This document shows, piece by piece, positions 26,985-39,843 of a DNA stretch of 64,000 nucleotides. The position numbers and the translations under genes are program-made. This stretch comes from Octopus vulgaris (taxonomy: Eukaryota). The DNA lies in assembly GCA_951406725.2 (NCBI GenBank), contig OX597827.1:79608001-79672000 (forward strand), read 5' to 3'. The notes under the pieces were generated by a model. It saw only the letters and a list, made by a program, of their open reading frames with translations. It had not been told where the DNA came from and searched no databases. The stretch's first letter is position 1, and every line of letters starts with the position of its first letter.

Positions 26985-27763
26985 GAATACACTACTGCTC
27001 TATTCTTTAGCATGTGCTACTTTTTGGGATATATATGTTGACAATATATATATATATATATATATATTCTTCAGTTATAGGCGATAAAGTTTTTGATTTT
27101 ATTTTCTGCTAAGACAAACTGAACTCCATTATATGCCTATTTGAAAGTTTAAACTTTAATATCCAGTTGCATATTTTAAGGATGATAACAATATAGGAAG
27201 TTTTTTAAACATGTAATTCTAATGCCAATAATAACTTGTAAATATTTTTTTTTTCCAAAATGAAAAGAAAAAAAAAGTAGTTTCAAAACAAGAACTTGAA
27301 TTCTATCATCAGTTAATGTAAACATTTCTTTTAAGTATCATGCATAATATATTTTGCAAATCCATTTATTCAGGATCTGAGCTAAAATGAGAGTGATATT
27401 TTATAAAGTTGGTTGGATCTATCTTGTATACCCCTTTCTGTGTTCAAACTTAAACTGTACATTAGTTGTGGGTCATGCTCCTATTTTTTGGCATTTTTGA
27501 GAGGTCTATTTTAACAAAATAGAGATTTTAGCAGCCATAATGTTATAAATCAGAGGGTTTGTTAGTAAACCAATGCCCACTAATATCCTTGCCATTAATT
27601 CAACCAATTTACACAGAAAACTTATTTTTGCTAGATTCTGTGTTATGATCAATTTATTTACAAATATAATCATTTTCATGTTTTGGAGCATCTTTTAATT
27701 CAAATAAATTAAGGTTAATGAATAGCAAGGAGGAAACAAAACAGAAAATAACCACTAACATAC

Positions 27764-27920
27764 CAGGTATTTCTTCATATTGTTTTGTTTCTCCTTCATT
27801 CCAGTTATGTCCACTGTCTCTTTTGGTAGACATTGTATCACTCAGATAGTTAGGGACCATAACAATGTTTTGCTCCATTGGCTCACCACCAGATGTCACA
27901 GTAACAGGTTGACTGTACAT
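27764..27920 (-). CDS. Protocadherin cytoplasmic coding exon 2 (157 nt; MYSQPVTVTSGG...DSGHNWNEGETKQYEEIP)
   Basis: Acceptor TTCTTTTTCAATACTCTTAG|ATG at phase 0 matches the upstream donor. Open frame, DSGH motif, and donor CCTG|GTATGT at phase 1. Confidence 0.8.
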
Positions 27921-29639
27921 CTAAGAGTATTGAAAAAGAATAAAAACTTGTAAATATAAAGTTTGGTGAGGACAGAAAAAGAGCATCAGTTACAGTCTTC
28001 AGTTTTGATATGTTCCTCCATTTCTAATTTGTTAAAATCTTTTAAGAAATCTCTATTAAGGATAAGAATAATCCGTAGCAATTTAGTGTTGTTCGTGTGC
28101 TGATATCTTATATTTGAAAAAATATTTTGTGATATAAGCCTTTTCCTAGTAAACTTGGATTCAGTTTCCATCTGATAGTACTACTAAGATAGCACTGTTT
28201 ATCACTTCAGTTGATAGTCATGTTAGATGGCACTGGTTGGCTCTTTAGTTGATAGTTATGTCTCATAAATTAACACTAGTAAATATTAGAATGACCTCTC
28301 TTTTATCAGGAATAATTGTTTCTAATTTATGTACAATGCCAGAAATTTTGAAGAAAGGGATTTAGCTGGATGCTTGTAAAGGACCAGTATTTGACTGGTC
28401 CTTTATTTACCTATCCTGAAAGGAAAGGCAAAGTTGAAAGTAGAAAGAACTGGAATAAATGCTGCAAAACATTTTTTCTTACATTAATTTAAATTTTACT
28501 TTTTACTTTCATCAGAGGTAGAAAGCAATACTTTATTCATTGTTGTGACTGGAGATTTTTATAAAGTTTATTGTGATATTATTTAAGAAAGATCTTAATT
28601 TTGATTATGCAACCAAGGTTATATATAGTCTTTGAAAATGTAATGAACCTGTTTTAAATAAGATGCGGTTTTAATTTTTGTAGTAAAATATATAAAATTT
28701 TATTCCTGAATAGGTATGTGGACCTTTTTACATATGGAATTTTTACAGCATTTCCACCTCACTTCATCTAAATAAAATTTTAAAATTTCAAATTGAATTT
28801 CAAATTAACTCTATAATTTTTACTACTTCAGTTTCCCATCAGCACTTTTAAAAGTGCATTTGAAGGTAAAATTACTGATTCATATTTTCATTAGATACAT
28901 AACAGATTTTTATCTGCACTTCTCAAAAATTTTTAACACTGTATTGGTTCATCCAAAGAAAGTCTTTGACAGAATCCCTAGCTTGGTGATCCGGTGGGTG
29001 CTGAGAAGCTGAGAGAAGTTGAATGGCTTGTGAGATCCATGTACAGAGATTCTGTTGGCAGGTAAGAGTTTGAAACAAAAATAGCAATGAATTTAGTATG
29101 CCCAGTAAGGCTCAGTTCTCTATCCCCGTCTAGTCATCTTAGACTTCCAAACCATAAAAAGGGAGTTTAAGACTGAGTGCCCTTGGAAATTCACATATTG
29201 TGATGTCCTCATTCTTATAACAGAAACTGTAGTAGGATTAGAGGAGAAATTCCAATCATGGAAGCCAAACTTGGAATCAAAAAGCCTCAAAGTAATTTAA
29301 CAAAGCCTAAAATATGAGAAAATGAGAAAGTAGATATGACCCTTCTCCCATCAGAGAAATGACCTTGCCTAACATATAGAAGAGAAGTTGGTAGAATTCC
29401 ATACAGTGTAATCAATGCAAGCTATCAACACACAAGAGGTATAGTGGAATCATGAACAGGTTACTAGAGAAAGCAGATTTGTATATGGCAGCTGTGCAGG
29501 AGTAATAATCATGAAGAGTGCACAGAAAATAAATGATCTCAATTGCCTAAGCAAATTTCCCCAGAGCGAACAGATTGATTCTGTTACCTAGGTACCTTTA
29601 ATAACAGAGGTGGAAGATGTTTTGAAAGTTTAGTAGCAA

Positions 29640-29940
29640 GCCTAAGAACAGGCAGGTGAAAATTCAGGGAGCTGTTTATCTCTGTTGGCAACAAAAGGTT
29701 TGTCTTTTAGAGTAAAAGGCAGAATATGTGATGCTTGCATATGAACTGCAAAACTACATGATAGTGAGACATGGGCCTAAATGCAGAAGACCTACAAATG
29801 CTAGAAAGAAATGAAGTTTGCATTCTCCATTAGATGTGCATTGTCAATGTGCAGGAGCAACAAAGTACCAAGGTGTTTAGAAAAAAAATGGGTATAATAG
29901 GAATCAAACAGTATGTGCAAGAGAAAAGACTGCATTAGTT
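29640..29940 (+). mobile_element. Highly decayed RTE fragment abutting the Gypsy 5' LTR
   Basis: Similar to the reverse complement of 12150-12430 (AGAGTAAAAGGCAGA, AGTGAGACATGGGC, GTGCAAGAGAAAAGACTG). Confidence 0.65.
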
Positions 29941-29943
29941 TGA

Positions 29944-30192
29944 TTATAAAGTCAGACAGTCAGTCGTTGTAGGAGGTCAGTAGTAATAGAGTTGTTGTAT
30001 GAGTTCTCAGCTGGAATCAGTATCAGTTACATGATATATATGAGTTGGAGTTACCATCAAGGAAGATGTTTCCAAGTCATTGTCTTGCAGCGCTATCAGC
30101 AATAGCATGATAGACAAGTCAAAGAGAATAAGGCATGGAATACCACAGTGCTGACAACAACATACAAGTGGACGAGAGTTCACATTATAACA
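29944..30192 (+). repeat. 5' LTR (5'-truncated) of the Gypsy element
   Basis: Similar to 33781-33915. Ends ..TATAACA immediately before the PBS. Confidence 0.8.
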
Positions 30193-30193
30193 G

Positions 30194-30206
30194 TGGTGAT
30201 GAGGAT
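30194..30206 (+). promoter_or_regulatory. Primer-binding site, tRNA-Ser(GCT) type
   Basis: TGGTGATGAGGAT equals TGGCGACGAGGAT with two CpG>TpG changes. Confidence 0.75.
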
Positions 30207-33200
30207 ATAAACAATTCATGTGGACAATGTTAAAAAAATGTTTTTTTCCCTTGAAGATAATTCATGCAGACGACATTAAAAAAATTCATGTGGAGGAATT
30301 AAAAACTCAACAGAAGAGTAATAAACATTTTTGTTACACATATTTTACAAAAAATCCATAAAATTATGGAAAACTTGTTAGAGAATTTAGATGAGTTGCA
30401 AAAATAGCAACAACAACAACTCAAAAAACAAGAACAACAACTAATGTAACAGCAACAAATGCTACAACTAATGAAGTGGGTAACAAAACCGGAAAATACG
30501 ATTTCACCAGACCATGTAGCAAATTCAATAAATAAATTCAAATATGACCCAGTAGAAGGAGTCACTTTCAAAGCTTATTACCGAAGATTCAAATAAATTT
30601 TCAAAAAAGAATGCCAAGACTGAATGGATAAAATGAAAATGCATCTAATTGTGAGGAAACTGATGACGATAGAGCATGAGAAATACTGTAACTTTATATT
30701 GCCTAAAAATGTTTCTGACAAATTTCATGGACACAATTGACATTTTATGTAAGATGTTTAGCGAAAAAACACTGTTGTTCAGCACACGTTGCATACTGAG
30801 AAAAGTGATGACGAAGACTTTAGTAGCATATAGTGTAACAGGAAATTATATTTCATTGGCTAATGTATTTGCGAGGTAAAATGAAAAAGACGATCATTTA
30901 TGTGTTGAAAAAATCACTAAATCTATTTGGTACAGAATGCATGGAGTTATTTAAATGTGGGATACTCCCATTAGTGTTCTCTGTGAAAATGTAGTTGGCA
31001 CAGCCAAAAGTTCAAATGAAGTTGAACAACTGAGACAAATAATTAAAAAACTGTTTCCAAATGTTTTTTTTTTTGGAAGGATTAGGCTTTTGCACTAAAA
31101 CAAAAGCAAGGATTGCGATAAAGGTAAAGGTAACACTTGCTTTTATGCCCAAATGGAACATACCATTTGCAGTGTTGGACCACATCAATAAAGAGCTGGG
31201 AAGACTAGAAAGTCTAGATATTATTGAAAAATTTAACTCCAGCTCCAGCGGTTTATGTAAAGAAAAACATAATAAACTAAGAGTGTGTGCGGACTTTTCA
31301 ACTGGATTAAATGACTATTTAGTCGGACACAGTAATCCATTACCAAGCCTAGAAGTGTTCTCAAGATTAAATGGAGAAAAAACTTTCTCAAAGTTAGATC
31401 TCTCAGAGGCCTACCTACAGATACAGAGAGAGGAAGAATGCACAGACCTTTTAACAATCAACACACACAGTGGTTTGTATAAATTCAAGGACTCCCTTAT
31501 GAAGTAAAAGTGGAACCTGCCAAATTCCAACAAGTGATGGATGCAATGTTAAATGATTGTGACTTTGCTGTTGCTTATCTTGATGGCATTTTGATAAAGA
31601 GTGAGTCAGTGGAGCAACACTTTCACCTTAATCAAAAAGTATTCAGAAAAATAAATGAATATGGGTTTAGACTAACAGAAGAAAATTGTGAATTTTTTTA
31701 TGTAAGAAATCAAATATTTGGGCCAAGTAACTGACAAAAAGGGATGAAAGACAGACCCATCAGAAGCAATGGCAATATGAAATATGCTTTTCCCAGTGAA
31801 CATCAAATTGTTACAAGCATTCTTAGGCTTGGTAAATTACTATGAAGTATATATTCTGAACATACACAACACAAGGGATCCACTAAATGAGCTGTTAAAA
31901 AGTATGCCAAATGGCTTTGGTCAGAAAAATGACAGAAGGCATTTGAGGAACTAAAAAAACATGTTAACTTCAGACTTGTCGCTTACACACTTCGATCCAA
32001 AGTTGGCGATAACACTTGCAACAGATGATAGTGAGTATGGAGTAGGTGCCATACTCCTACACAAATGTCAAGATGGTGGCCAAAAGGCCATAGCTCCCAT
32101 GTCAAGGACGCCAGTAGGAAAAAATTATAGCCAAATTGAAAAAGAGGCATTGGCAATTATATTTTGCATAAAACAGTTCCACAGGTTTATACATGGTAAA
32201 CAGTTTAGATTACAAACAGACTATTGCCCATTGCTAATAATTTATGAATCCAAGAAAGTTGAGTGATGGGGCACCATACTACTAAACTATGACTATGCAC
32301 TGGAATATTTACCTTAAAAAAAGTTAGGACATGCTGATGGCCTATTCAGGTTAATACCCAGAAATAGTGAACCATTCAAGGACGCAGTAATAGTAGTCCT
32401 AAGAGCTGAAGGGAAAATTAAACACATAATGTAAAACATTGTACAGGAGTTATCAATAACTCTGGAAGAGATAAAGCAACACACATCAAAAGACAAGTTC
32501 ATTAATGAAACAAAAAGCTCTGTGGTCAACAAAAGAAAAAGAAAAGATTTGGTAAGAAAAACAACAAGATGTAAACATATATTCAACACGAAACGGTGAA
32601 CTGATGGAATACCAAAGGGTAGTGATACTTGAGGCTCTACAAAAAAGAATGATGAAAGACTTCCATATTGGACATCCAGGGATCACAAGGATGAAAGTAT
32701 TTATGCACAGTTATGTGTATTGGTCGAAGATGGACAAGGAAGTTGAAAACGTAGTAAGAAGCTGCAGAAGATGTGCTCTGGCAGTGAAATTGCCAGTTCA
32801 AAAATGGGAACCTTGACCAGAAGTTTAAAAATTACGGACAAGACTACACATCGATTTTTGGGTCCATCATAGTTGTCAACTACAACTTAGTAGCAGTTAA
32901 AAGGTTTACAAAATGGCCGGAAATTGTTAAGTGCAAAAGACCAACTGCCTCGGTTGTAATAAATTTTTTGCACAAATTATTCACAAGATTCAGTATCCCA
33001 GACGTGATTGTATCTGATAATGGAAAATTCTGCGAAATTCTAGAACATAGAATGATAGTGCCTTACCATCCCACATCAAATGGACAGGCAGAGTGATTTG
33101 TTGACATGTTTAAAAGAGTTTTGAGAAAAGCAAACAAGGAAGTCACAGATGAAATCACTCTGCAACAATTCCTAAGGGTTTACAGGATGACACCGAACCC

Positions 33201-33722
33201 CAATACACCAGCAGGAAGGTCACCAGCAGAACTGATGTTCATGAGGAAAGTGAAATCAGCTTTTGATAAACTGTTACTTGGCAAGGAAAGAAAGAGTGCC
33301 AAGAAAGTCATATCAAAATTTTTCAAAATTGGTGATAAGGTTGTATAAAAATGGAAAGCAGTACTAAGAAGAAGGTGAAATTACAAAGTACATAGGGAAA
33401 ATGATGTATTGGGTAAAAAGCAAAAAAGGTACTAAAAAAAGACACAGAAACCAATTAAAGAAGAGATTCATAGAAAATGAATCAGACAGATTAGATGTGC
33501 CTATGGAATGATTGTATGGCACATTCCTGGTACCAACACCATTACAGGTGGTTGAACCCATGCATACAAGTGGAAGAAAAAGGAAGAACACAGAGTACCT
33601 GAAAATACATGCCAAAAAGCAAAAGTAAGAAGTGAAAAAAATGCTAAAAAAGAGAGGAGGAGAGAATGAAGTAAAATAAAATTACTTGCTTCCCAAATAA
33701 AAAAAAAAACTAAGTGGGGAGA

Positions 33723-33915
33723 TGCTATTGTGAAAATGGTACACCCCTTCCCACATGACAAAGTGGTATGACTCAGCCACTATAAAATCAGACTGTCAGT
33801 AATTGTAGGAGGTCAGTAGTAGTAGTAGTAGAGTTGTTGTCTGAGTTCTCAGTTGGAGTCAGTGTCAGTTACGTGATATATACAAGTTGGAGTTACCATC
33901 ATGGTAGACGTCTCA
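33723..33915 (+). repeat. 3' LTR of the Gypsy element
   Basis: Begins TG right after the purine tract AAGTGGGGAGA. Matches the 5' LTR from about 33781. Confidence 0.8.
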
Positions 33916-35546
33916 AAGATAATAGGATGCAGAATATCACCACAACATAATAGTGGTGACATTCCGAATATCTTATTTGTAATGACCAAACTAACAGCTT
34001 TGTATCTGTTACATCTAGGTCAAATACTACACTACTTTTTCATAGGATGAGGTAAAAGGCTTTTTGTTGCTCAACTGTTTCAACATTTTATCCTACCTCT
34101 GCATACTGGCTTACGGCAAAAGTAAATGGTATGAGCTCTGTTTCAGGAGATGTGCATGAAGCTGTTGTATAGGCAGACACACCTCTACAGGACGAGCCTT
34201 TCAAACATTCATGTGGGTTTTACTTGTTAAAATTCTGTTTGGAATGATTATATATATGATGAGCAGTGAAACTTAGTCATATCAGTTTTCAACATTAGAT
34301 AAAATAGTCCTTTTAGTTAATTTCAGTACAACAATGCACCAAATTAATTTTATATTATGTAAAACCTATTTATGTTTGTTAATATGATTTATATATGACT
34401 TATACATGACTTAGTATGACTTTTATATCAACTTTGTTTACTGTTTTATATTCATTCTTCCATATGTGCATAATATTTGTTTTGAGCAACTGTACTTTGC
34501 AACTGACCGCTCAGTAGTGAAAAAAAATAAAGTTAAATTTTTTACCCTTTTTTTCTTTTTTTGAGAGTCTGTTAATCAATGCCATACAGAGAAAAATAAC
34601 ATTTGCTCAAAAAGCACAATACAGTGGTGAAGTTTGAATTTCTGACAATGTGATTAGTGATTTAGCATTTTAACCTCACTATTATTGTTGCATGCATCAT
34701 AACTATTCTTCATATTTAATGCATAATAAATATAAATTCTCGACATTTTCCTTTATAAATCCACAGTAAAGTGATACACCCTGTATTGCATCTTACATAT
34801 AGTCCACCTTAATAAAATGTCAAAAATACTAAAATTGAAGGTAATTATGGTGAATCATTGTTAATATCTAATGCAACATTGATATATTCCTTGAATACAA
34901 TGTCAAAACCCACAGCTGAAACTAAAATATATCAATACTAATCCAAAATGTCACACACCACCAACTTTTAAAGCATAGCTTTTTGACCATTTTGTTGCAT
35001 CTAAAATTACTACAACATCAATTTACACACCAGACATGTATTTAAATTGTGTAGCGAACCAACTTTCAGCTAAAGCTACTTTGTTGATACTTAGTCCACC
35101 TTGCTGACGTTTGATGTGGAAATAGTATCTCTACAGCAGCAAAGCAGACCGCTTGCTTTGATGATCCTAGTCTATGTGACTTAACTAATAGCAGCAAGAT
35201 GTAATGCATTGTATTTTCAATGCAAGCTCAAAATATAGCATATGAGATCAGATATGCTCTGTTAAAGGTTGCTTTTGTTTTATTGGATATTTTCATGGTA
35301 AAAGTGTTTCTTGTTAAAACAATGGTTAAATAAATACTTTATAAGTGTTTAATCTCCTAATTGTAAATCCAGTTAAAATGCCTCCATAATTTATTTCAGA
35401 CATTATTGTATTTTAAAAATCAGTTTTTGTTTTAATACCAACAAATTAATCTTCAGTGACTTCATATTATCATGAATCAATCTCAATTATTTTCATTTGA
35501 ACAATAAAACAGCTTAAAATAATGATAATGAAAGCAATGGACTTAC

Positions 35547-37922
35547 TTGTGAAGACTTTGAAAGTGTTCTGATCATAGTGGAAGGTTTCTGAGATTCGAT
35601 TTCAGGATAAAATTGACCCCTTGATCTCATTGATGGAGTATTTGGACTCATGCCTTCATTTTGGCCTCTTGTCATTGAAACTCGATTGTTAGTTTGATAA
35701 ATGAGATTTCGCATTTCACTTCTTGACTGGTATGAAGTATTTACATCTGTGCCATGGTTAGCATTTCTGGGGTAGTTGTATTTAACAATGCATGTTGTAA
35801 TGAATATCACAATGGCAATAGACAGCACCACTGCTACAACAACAATAATTATAACTAAGTTTACATCAATCATATCACTGGATTGAATTTGGACAGCTGT
35901 TAGCATAGTTGATGTTTTATTACTGACAGTCAATGTTAAGGACAAAATGGTTGTTGCTGATAGAACTGGATTTCCACTGTCTTTAACTATAAATTGAAGT
36001 TCATATGACCCTGCATCATTTTGATAAACGGCTCGAGAAAAAGATAAAATACCTGAATGAGCATTAATCATAAATAATCGTTTATCATTACCTCCAATTA
36101 ATTCATAGGTAAGGAAAGCATTTACATGACTATCTCTGTCTGATGCTCTCAGAACAGTGATTTCAGTGTCACTTTGTGGATGGTAATGAAGATCCAAACT
36201 AAAGGGGCTAACACTAGGAAAGGTGAAATAAGGGGCATTATCATTTTCATCCATAATTTCAACAATAACATTAGCTGTATTATTAAGTGATGGACTTCCA
36301 TTGTCTCTGACTAAAACTTGAAATTTATAAATGCTGTTTTGTTCCCGGTCAAGAGATTTTCTAGTTGAAATAAATCCATTGTCTGTTATTTTGAAAGGAA
36401 TGTCAAATTGGTCTTTATCAAATAAAGCATATGACAATTTGCCTCCTAGCCCTAAATCTGGGTCAGTGGCATTAACAAATCCAACTGGAAATGATGGTTT
36501 TTCATTTTCATAGGTCAAAAATTTGAATGTGTCTTTAGTAAACATTGGCTGTACATCATTGACATCCATCAACTGAAGAGAAAATTTTCTTTCTCTCTGC
36601 AATGGTGGGAATCCATGGTCTTGGCATGTTATTGTAATTATATAATGATCCTCAATTTCTCTATCAACACGCTCTTTTAAAATAACCTTGTATTCTTTTG
36701 AACTAATTGCAGAAAGTTTAAATTTTTCATGTTTAAGATCACATGTGACTTCTCCATTGTGTCCAACATCATTGTCTGTAACCATAACATATGCTATAAA
36801 ACTATCAACTTTGGTACTTTCAACTATTTTTGTAGTGTTTTCAGTTAATACAGAAACAAAATCTACATCTATAGTTGGGGCATTATTTTCTTGATTCAAG
36901 ACACTCACTATAACTGTTGCAATTGAACTCAAAGGTGGACTACCTCCATCTCTGGCTTCAATAAATAACTTAAAAGTCATTTTCTCATTTAACTTTGAGG
37001 TTTTATCAAGGAAAATTTCTCCTGTTTCTTTGTTGATCCTAAAATGGTCTCTGGCAATTGCTGATGTCTTGGGACTAAAGTAATATGAAACATGACTATT
37101 TTCACCTGAATCTTTATCCTTTGCTGATAATATTACAACAGGTCTCATTCTTAAATGAGTATTTTTCACTGAAACATTGTACAAATTTTTAAAGAAAACA
37201 GGTCGATTATCATTTTCATCAATAACAGAAATATGAACATTTAGAATACACTGCTGTGGTGGAGAACCTCCATCTTGAGCAACAACTTGCACTAAATATA
37301 GATCTTTGATCTCTCGATCAAGTTTTTTTTCTAAGATGATTTCCAGTGTTGATACACCATCAACTCTTTTGGAAACAAATAATGAAAATGTCTGATTTAC
37401 ATTATTTTTTAGTCTATAGTTAATTTTGGAATTTAAAACTCCCATGTCCCCATCTATGGCACTTGGAGCTGATTTCTTTGTCCCTTTCCCATCTGTCTCA
37501 TAGAACTGAAGATCAATTTGTTTGTCAGAAAATACAGGTTGATGATCATTAATATCTTCAATTATCACTTTGATTTTCAATACTTTTAGAAATGCTTCTG
37601 CTTGCCTTACTGCAACTTTGACAATTTTTGAACATTCTTTGTTATATGTACAAAGAGAGTCGGCATCTAACCGTTGGGCTGTGTATAATTTCCCACTCTT
37701 AGTAACATTGAACAGAAGGGAGCTACTAGACATCCGGCGTTTGAGTTGAGTAAAAGTAATGTGTTCATAATTCTGAGATGAGAGACTAGCAAACAATTGT
37801 GAGTTACTTGCAATATCTCCAACGAAGGTGTTTGCATCTTTTTCTTCTTGTACATGATAGATGAGATCTACACATTGACAACAGTGCAGTAAGATAAAAA
37901 ATATGGATATGGATAACAACAT
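35547..37922 (-). CDS. Protocadherin, large coding exon (signal peptide, EC1-EC6, TM, proximal cytoplasmic tail; 792 codons)
   Basis: Uninterrupted ORF. ATG at 37922 starts a hydrophobic signal peptide MLLSISIFFILLHCCQC (the track start at 37937 is GTG). Repeated cadherin motifs DINDHQP, LDRE, DENDNRP, DVNDVQP, DENDNAP and a CTYNKEC Cys-X5-Cys in EC1. TM VNLVIIIVVVAVVLSIAIVIFITTCIV. Ends at a phase-0 donor CAA|GTAAGT (GT at 35546-35545). Confidence 0.95.
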
Positions 37923-38001
37923 ATTGCTTGGAATCACAGTTATAGGAGTAAAGCATGTGAAGTATTTAGTGAGTTGCTCTGTAAAGAAAGAAAATAAGAG
38001 T
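37923..38001 (-). other. Splice acceptor and 5'UTR part of the large protocadherin exon (implies an upstream non-coding exon)
   Basis: CTCTTATTTTCTTTCTTTACAG|AGCAAC with AG at 37980-37979, 56 nt before the ATG. Confidence 0.7.
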
Positions 38002-38416
38002 ATTAAAAATCACATCATGACAAGAATTACTGTTTTATTCAATGCACATTCATTTCATTGTATTCCTAAAGCTTTCTTTAAGTAATTTAATCTTTTGTTC
38101 ACAAAACTTCTTTGTTTTCTATTTGTCTCTAAGTTAGACATATTTCAATCTCCATCTCTATCTCATATTCAAGAAATTTACTATATTCCTTTTTGGTGTT
38201 ACTAAAATGACTCATTGTCATTATCATTATCATTATTAGGATGGCCAGAGTATTTGTAATTTCAGCTCATTGGCTTTCATATTCTGAGCTTTAATTCTAA
38301 TGAGGTTGCATTTACTTTTCATCCTTCCCAAGTCACTATGTATCAGTCATGCACTATTGTTGAGCCACTCAGTTAAATTGCTCTCTAAAATATGTGACCT
38401 TGCACCAGAGTTGAAA

Positions 38417-38459
<43 letters not shown>

Positions 38460-38460
38460 A

Positions 38461-38905
38461 GGATGGCAAGCTGGCAATATCATTAGCATTCCAGACAAAA
38501 TGCTGCTAAGCATTTTGCCTATCTTTATATTCTTTTTTACTCTAGGCACAAGACCCAAAACTTTTGGGAAGGTGGCCAGTCGGTTAGGTCAACCCCAGAA
38601 TGCAACTGGTACTTAATTTATCAACCCTGAAAGGATGAAAAGCAAAGTCAACCTTGGTGGAATTTGAACTCAGAACGTAAAGACAGATGAAATACCGCTA
38701 AGCATTTCACTCGGCATGCAAATGTTTCTTCCAGCTTTGACCTTGCCCATCTTTATATTCTGAGTTCAAATTCCACTGAGGTTGATTTTGTCTTTCACCC
38801 TTTTGGGATTGATAAAATATGTACCAGTCAAATACTGGGGTCAATGTAACTGATTAACTCCTTCTCCCAAAATTTCAGGCCTTGTGCCTATAGTATAAAG
38901 AATTA
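38461..38905. mobile_element. SINE (+) interrupted by an oppositely oriented copy of the same family (38534-38742)
   Basis: 19-bp duplication TTGCC(T/C)ATCTTTATATTCT at 38515-38533 and 38743-38761 flanks the inner copy. Confidence 0.8.
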
Positions 38906-39843
38906 TTATTATTATTGATGTTGCTACAGAGGAAGAAAGATAAGAGGCAAGGTTTTAATGAGATTGATTAACTTTCTATGCCAAAGAACCTAATTTTCTA
39001 TCTCTCATTTCTTCAAAGCTTCATTATTAATAAATCTTACTGTTATTTCATTAATATAAAGATGAAGACATATTGATTTTTTTTTTTTTACTGCAACTTA
39101 TAAAGTGAGTCAGTAAAATCAGATTGTGAAGATGCATTTACATCACATTCATATACATGCACACATTTATACATGTGTATTTGTCTCCACAAACACATGC
39201 ATTTTCATATCCATATACTTTCTACACACAAAAGAGAAATGCATGCAAATGAACACACTTTCTTTCACTCTTCCACATAAAGAGTGTTCTGTGCTTTTGA
39301 TTAAATCCTATAAATCTGTATAGTCTTCTCTGATACACAGTTCCCTCCAGTCTGATTTTAGACTTCAAAATTGTCATTTTGTCCCTCAGAAAACTGGTTT
39401 TGCATAGCAGAGCTGACTGCTTTCATCCTATTAGAAGCAATTCCAAAGTTTTATTTAACTCCACATGGATTCAAACAATTTATTGTCTGGTATTGTAACA
39501 TGAAACAATCTTTCTTGATTCATACTCTTCCCAAATATTTCATCTGACATTAATTTGAAAAATGCAGCTGGATTATGACCCCAGGTCATAATTTTAAATT
39601 GACAGTCACCAAGTATCATGCACACAGCTTATAAGATTGCTCACTTTCATGTGAAATCTACAAATGGAAGTACACTTTTGTAAATAACAGTCAAGCTGTT
39701 AAGTTTTTCATATAATTTGAGTTTTATAGGTTCTACAAAATTTCCAATTCTTTTATAGGTTTTGCAACAAACACTTCCTATTCTTTTACAAAATACTTCA
39801 GTTCTTTCTATTTATAATATTTGTTTTAATAATTAGAGCTGAA

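Larger units (their letters stand above)
29944..33915 (+). mobile_element. Decayed Ty3/Gypsy LTR retrotransposon inside the protocadherin intron, antisense to the gene
   Basis: RT fragments (LRVCADFSTGLND, FSKLDLSEAYLQI, AYLDGILI), RNase H (LATDDSEYGVGAIL, YSQIEKEALAI) and integrase (HIGHPG..CRRC, GRSPAELMF) in Gypsy order. Direct repeats at both ends; many stops and frameshifts. Confidence 0.92.

Noticed and set aside
35514-35546. ORF-track C-terminus VSPLLSLSLF and GTG start at 37937
   Set aside because: The C-terminus is read-through past a consensus GTAAGT donor. The real start is more likely the ATG at 37922, which begins the signal peptide.
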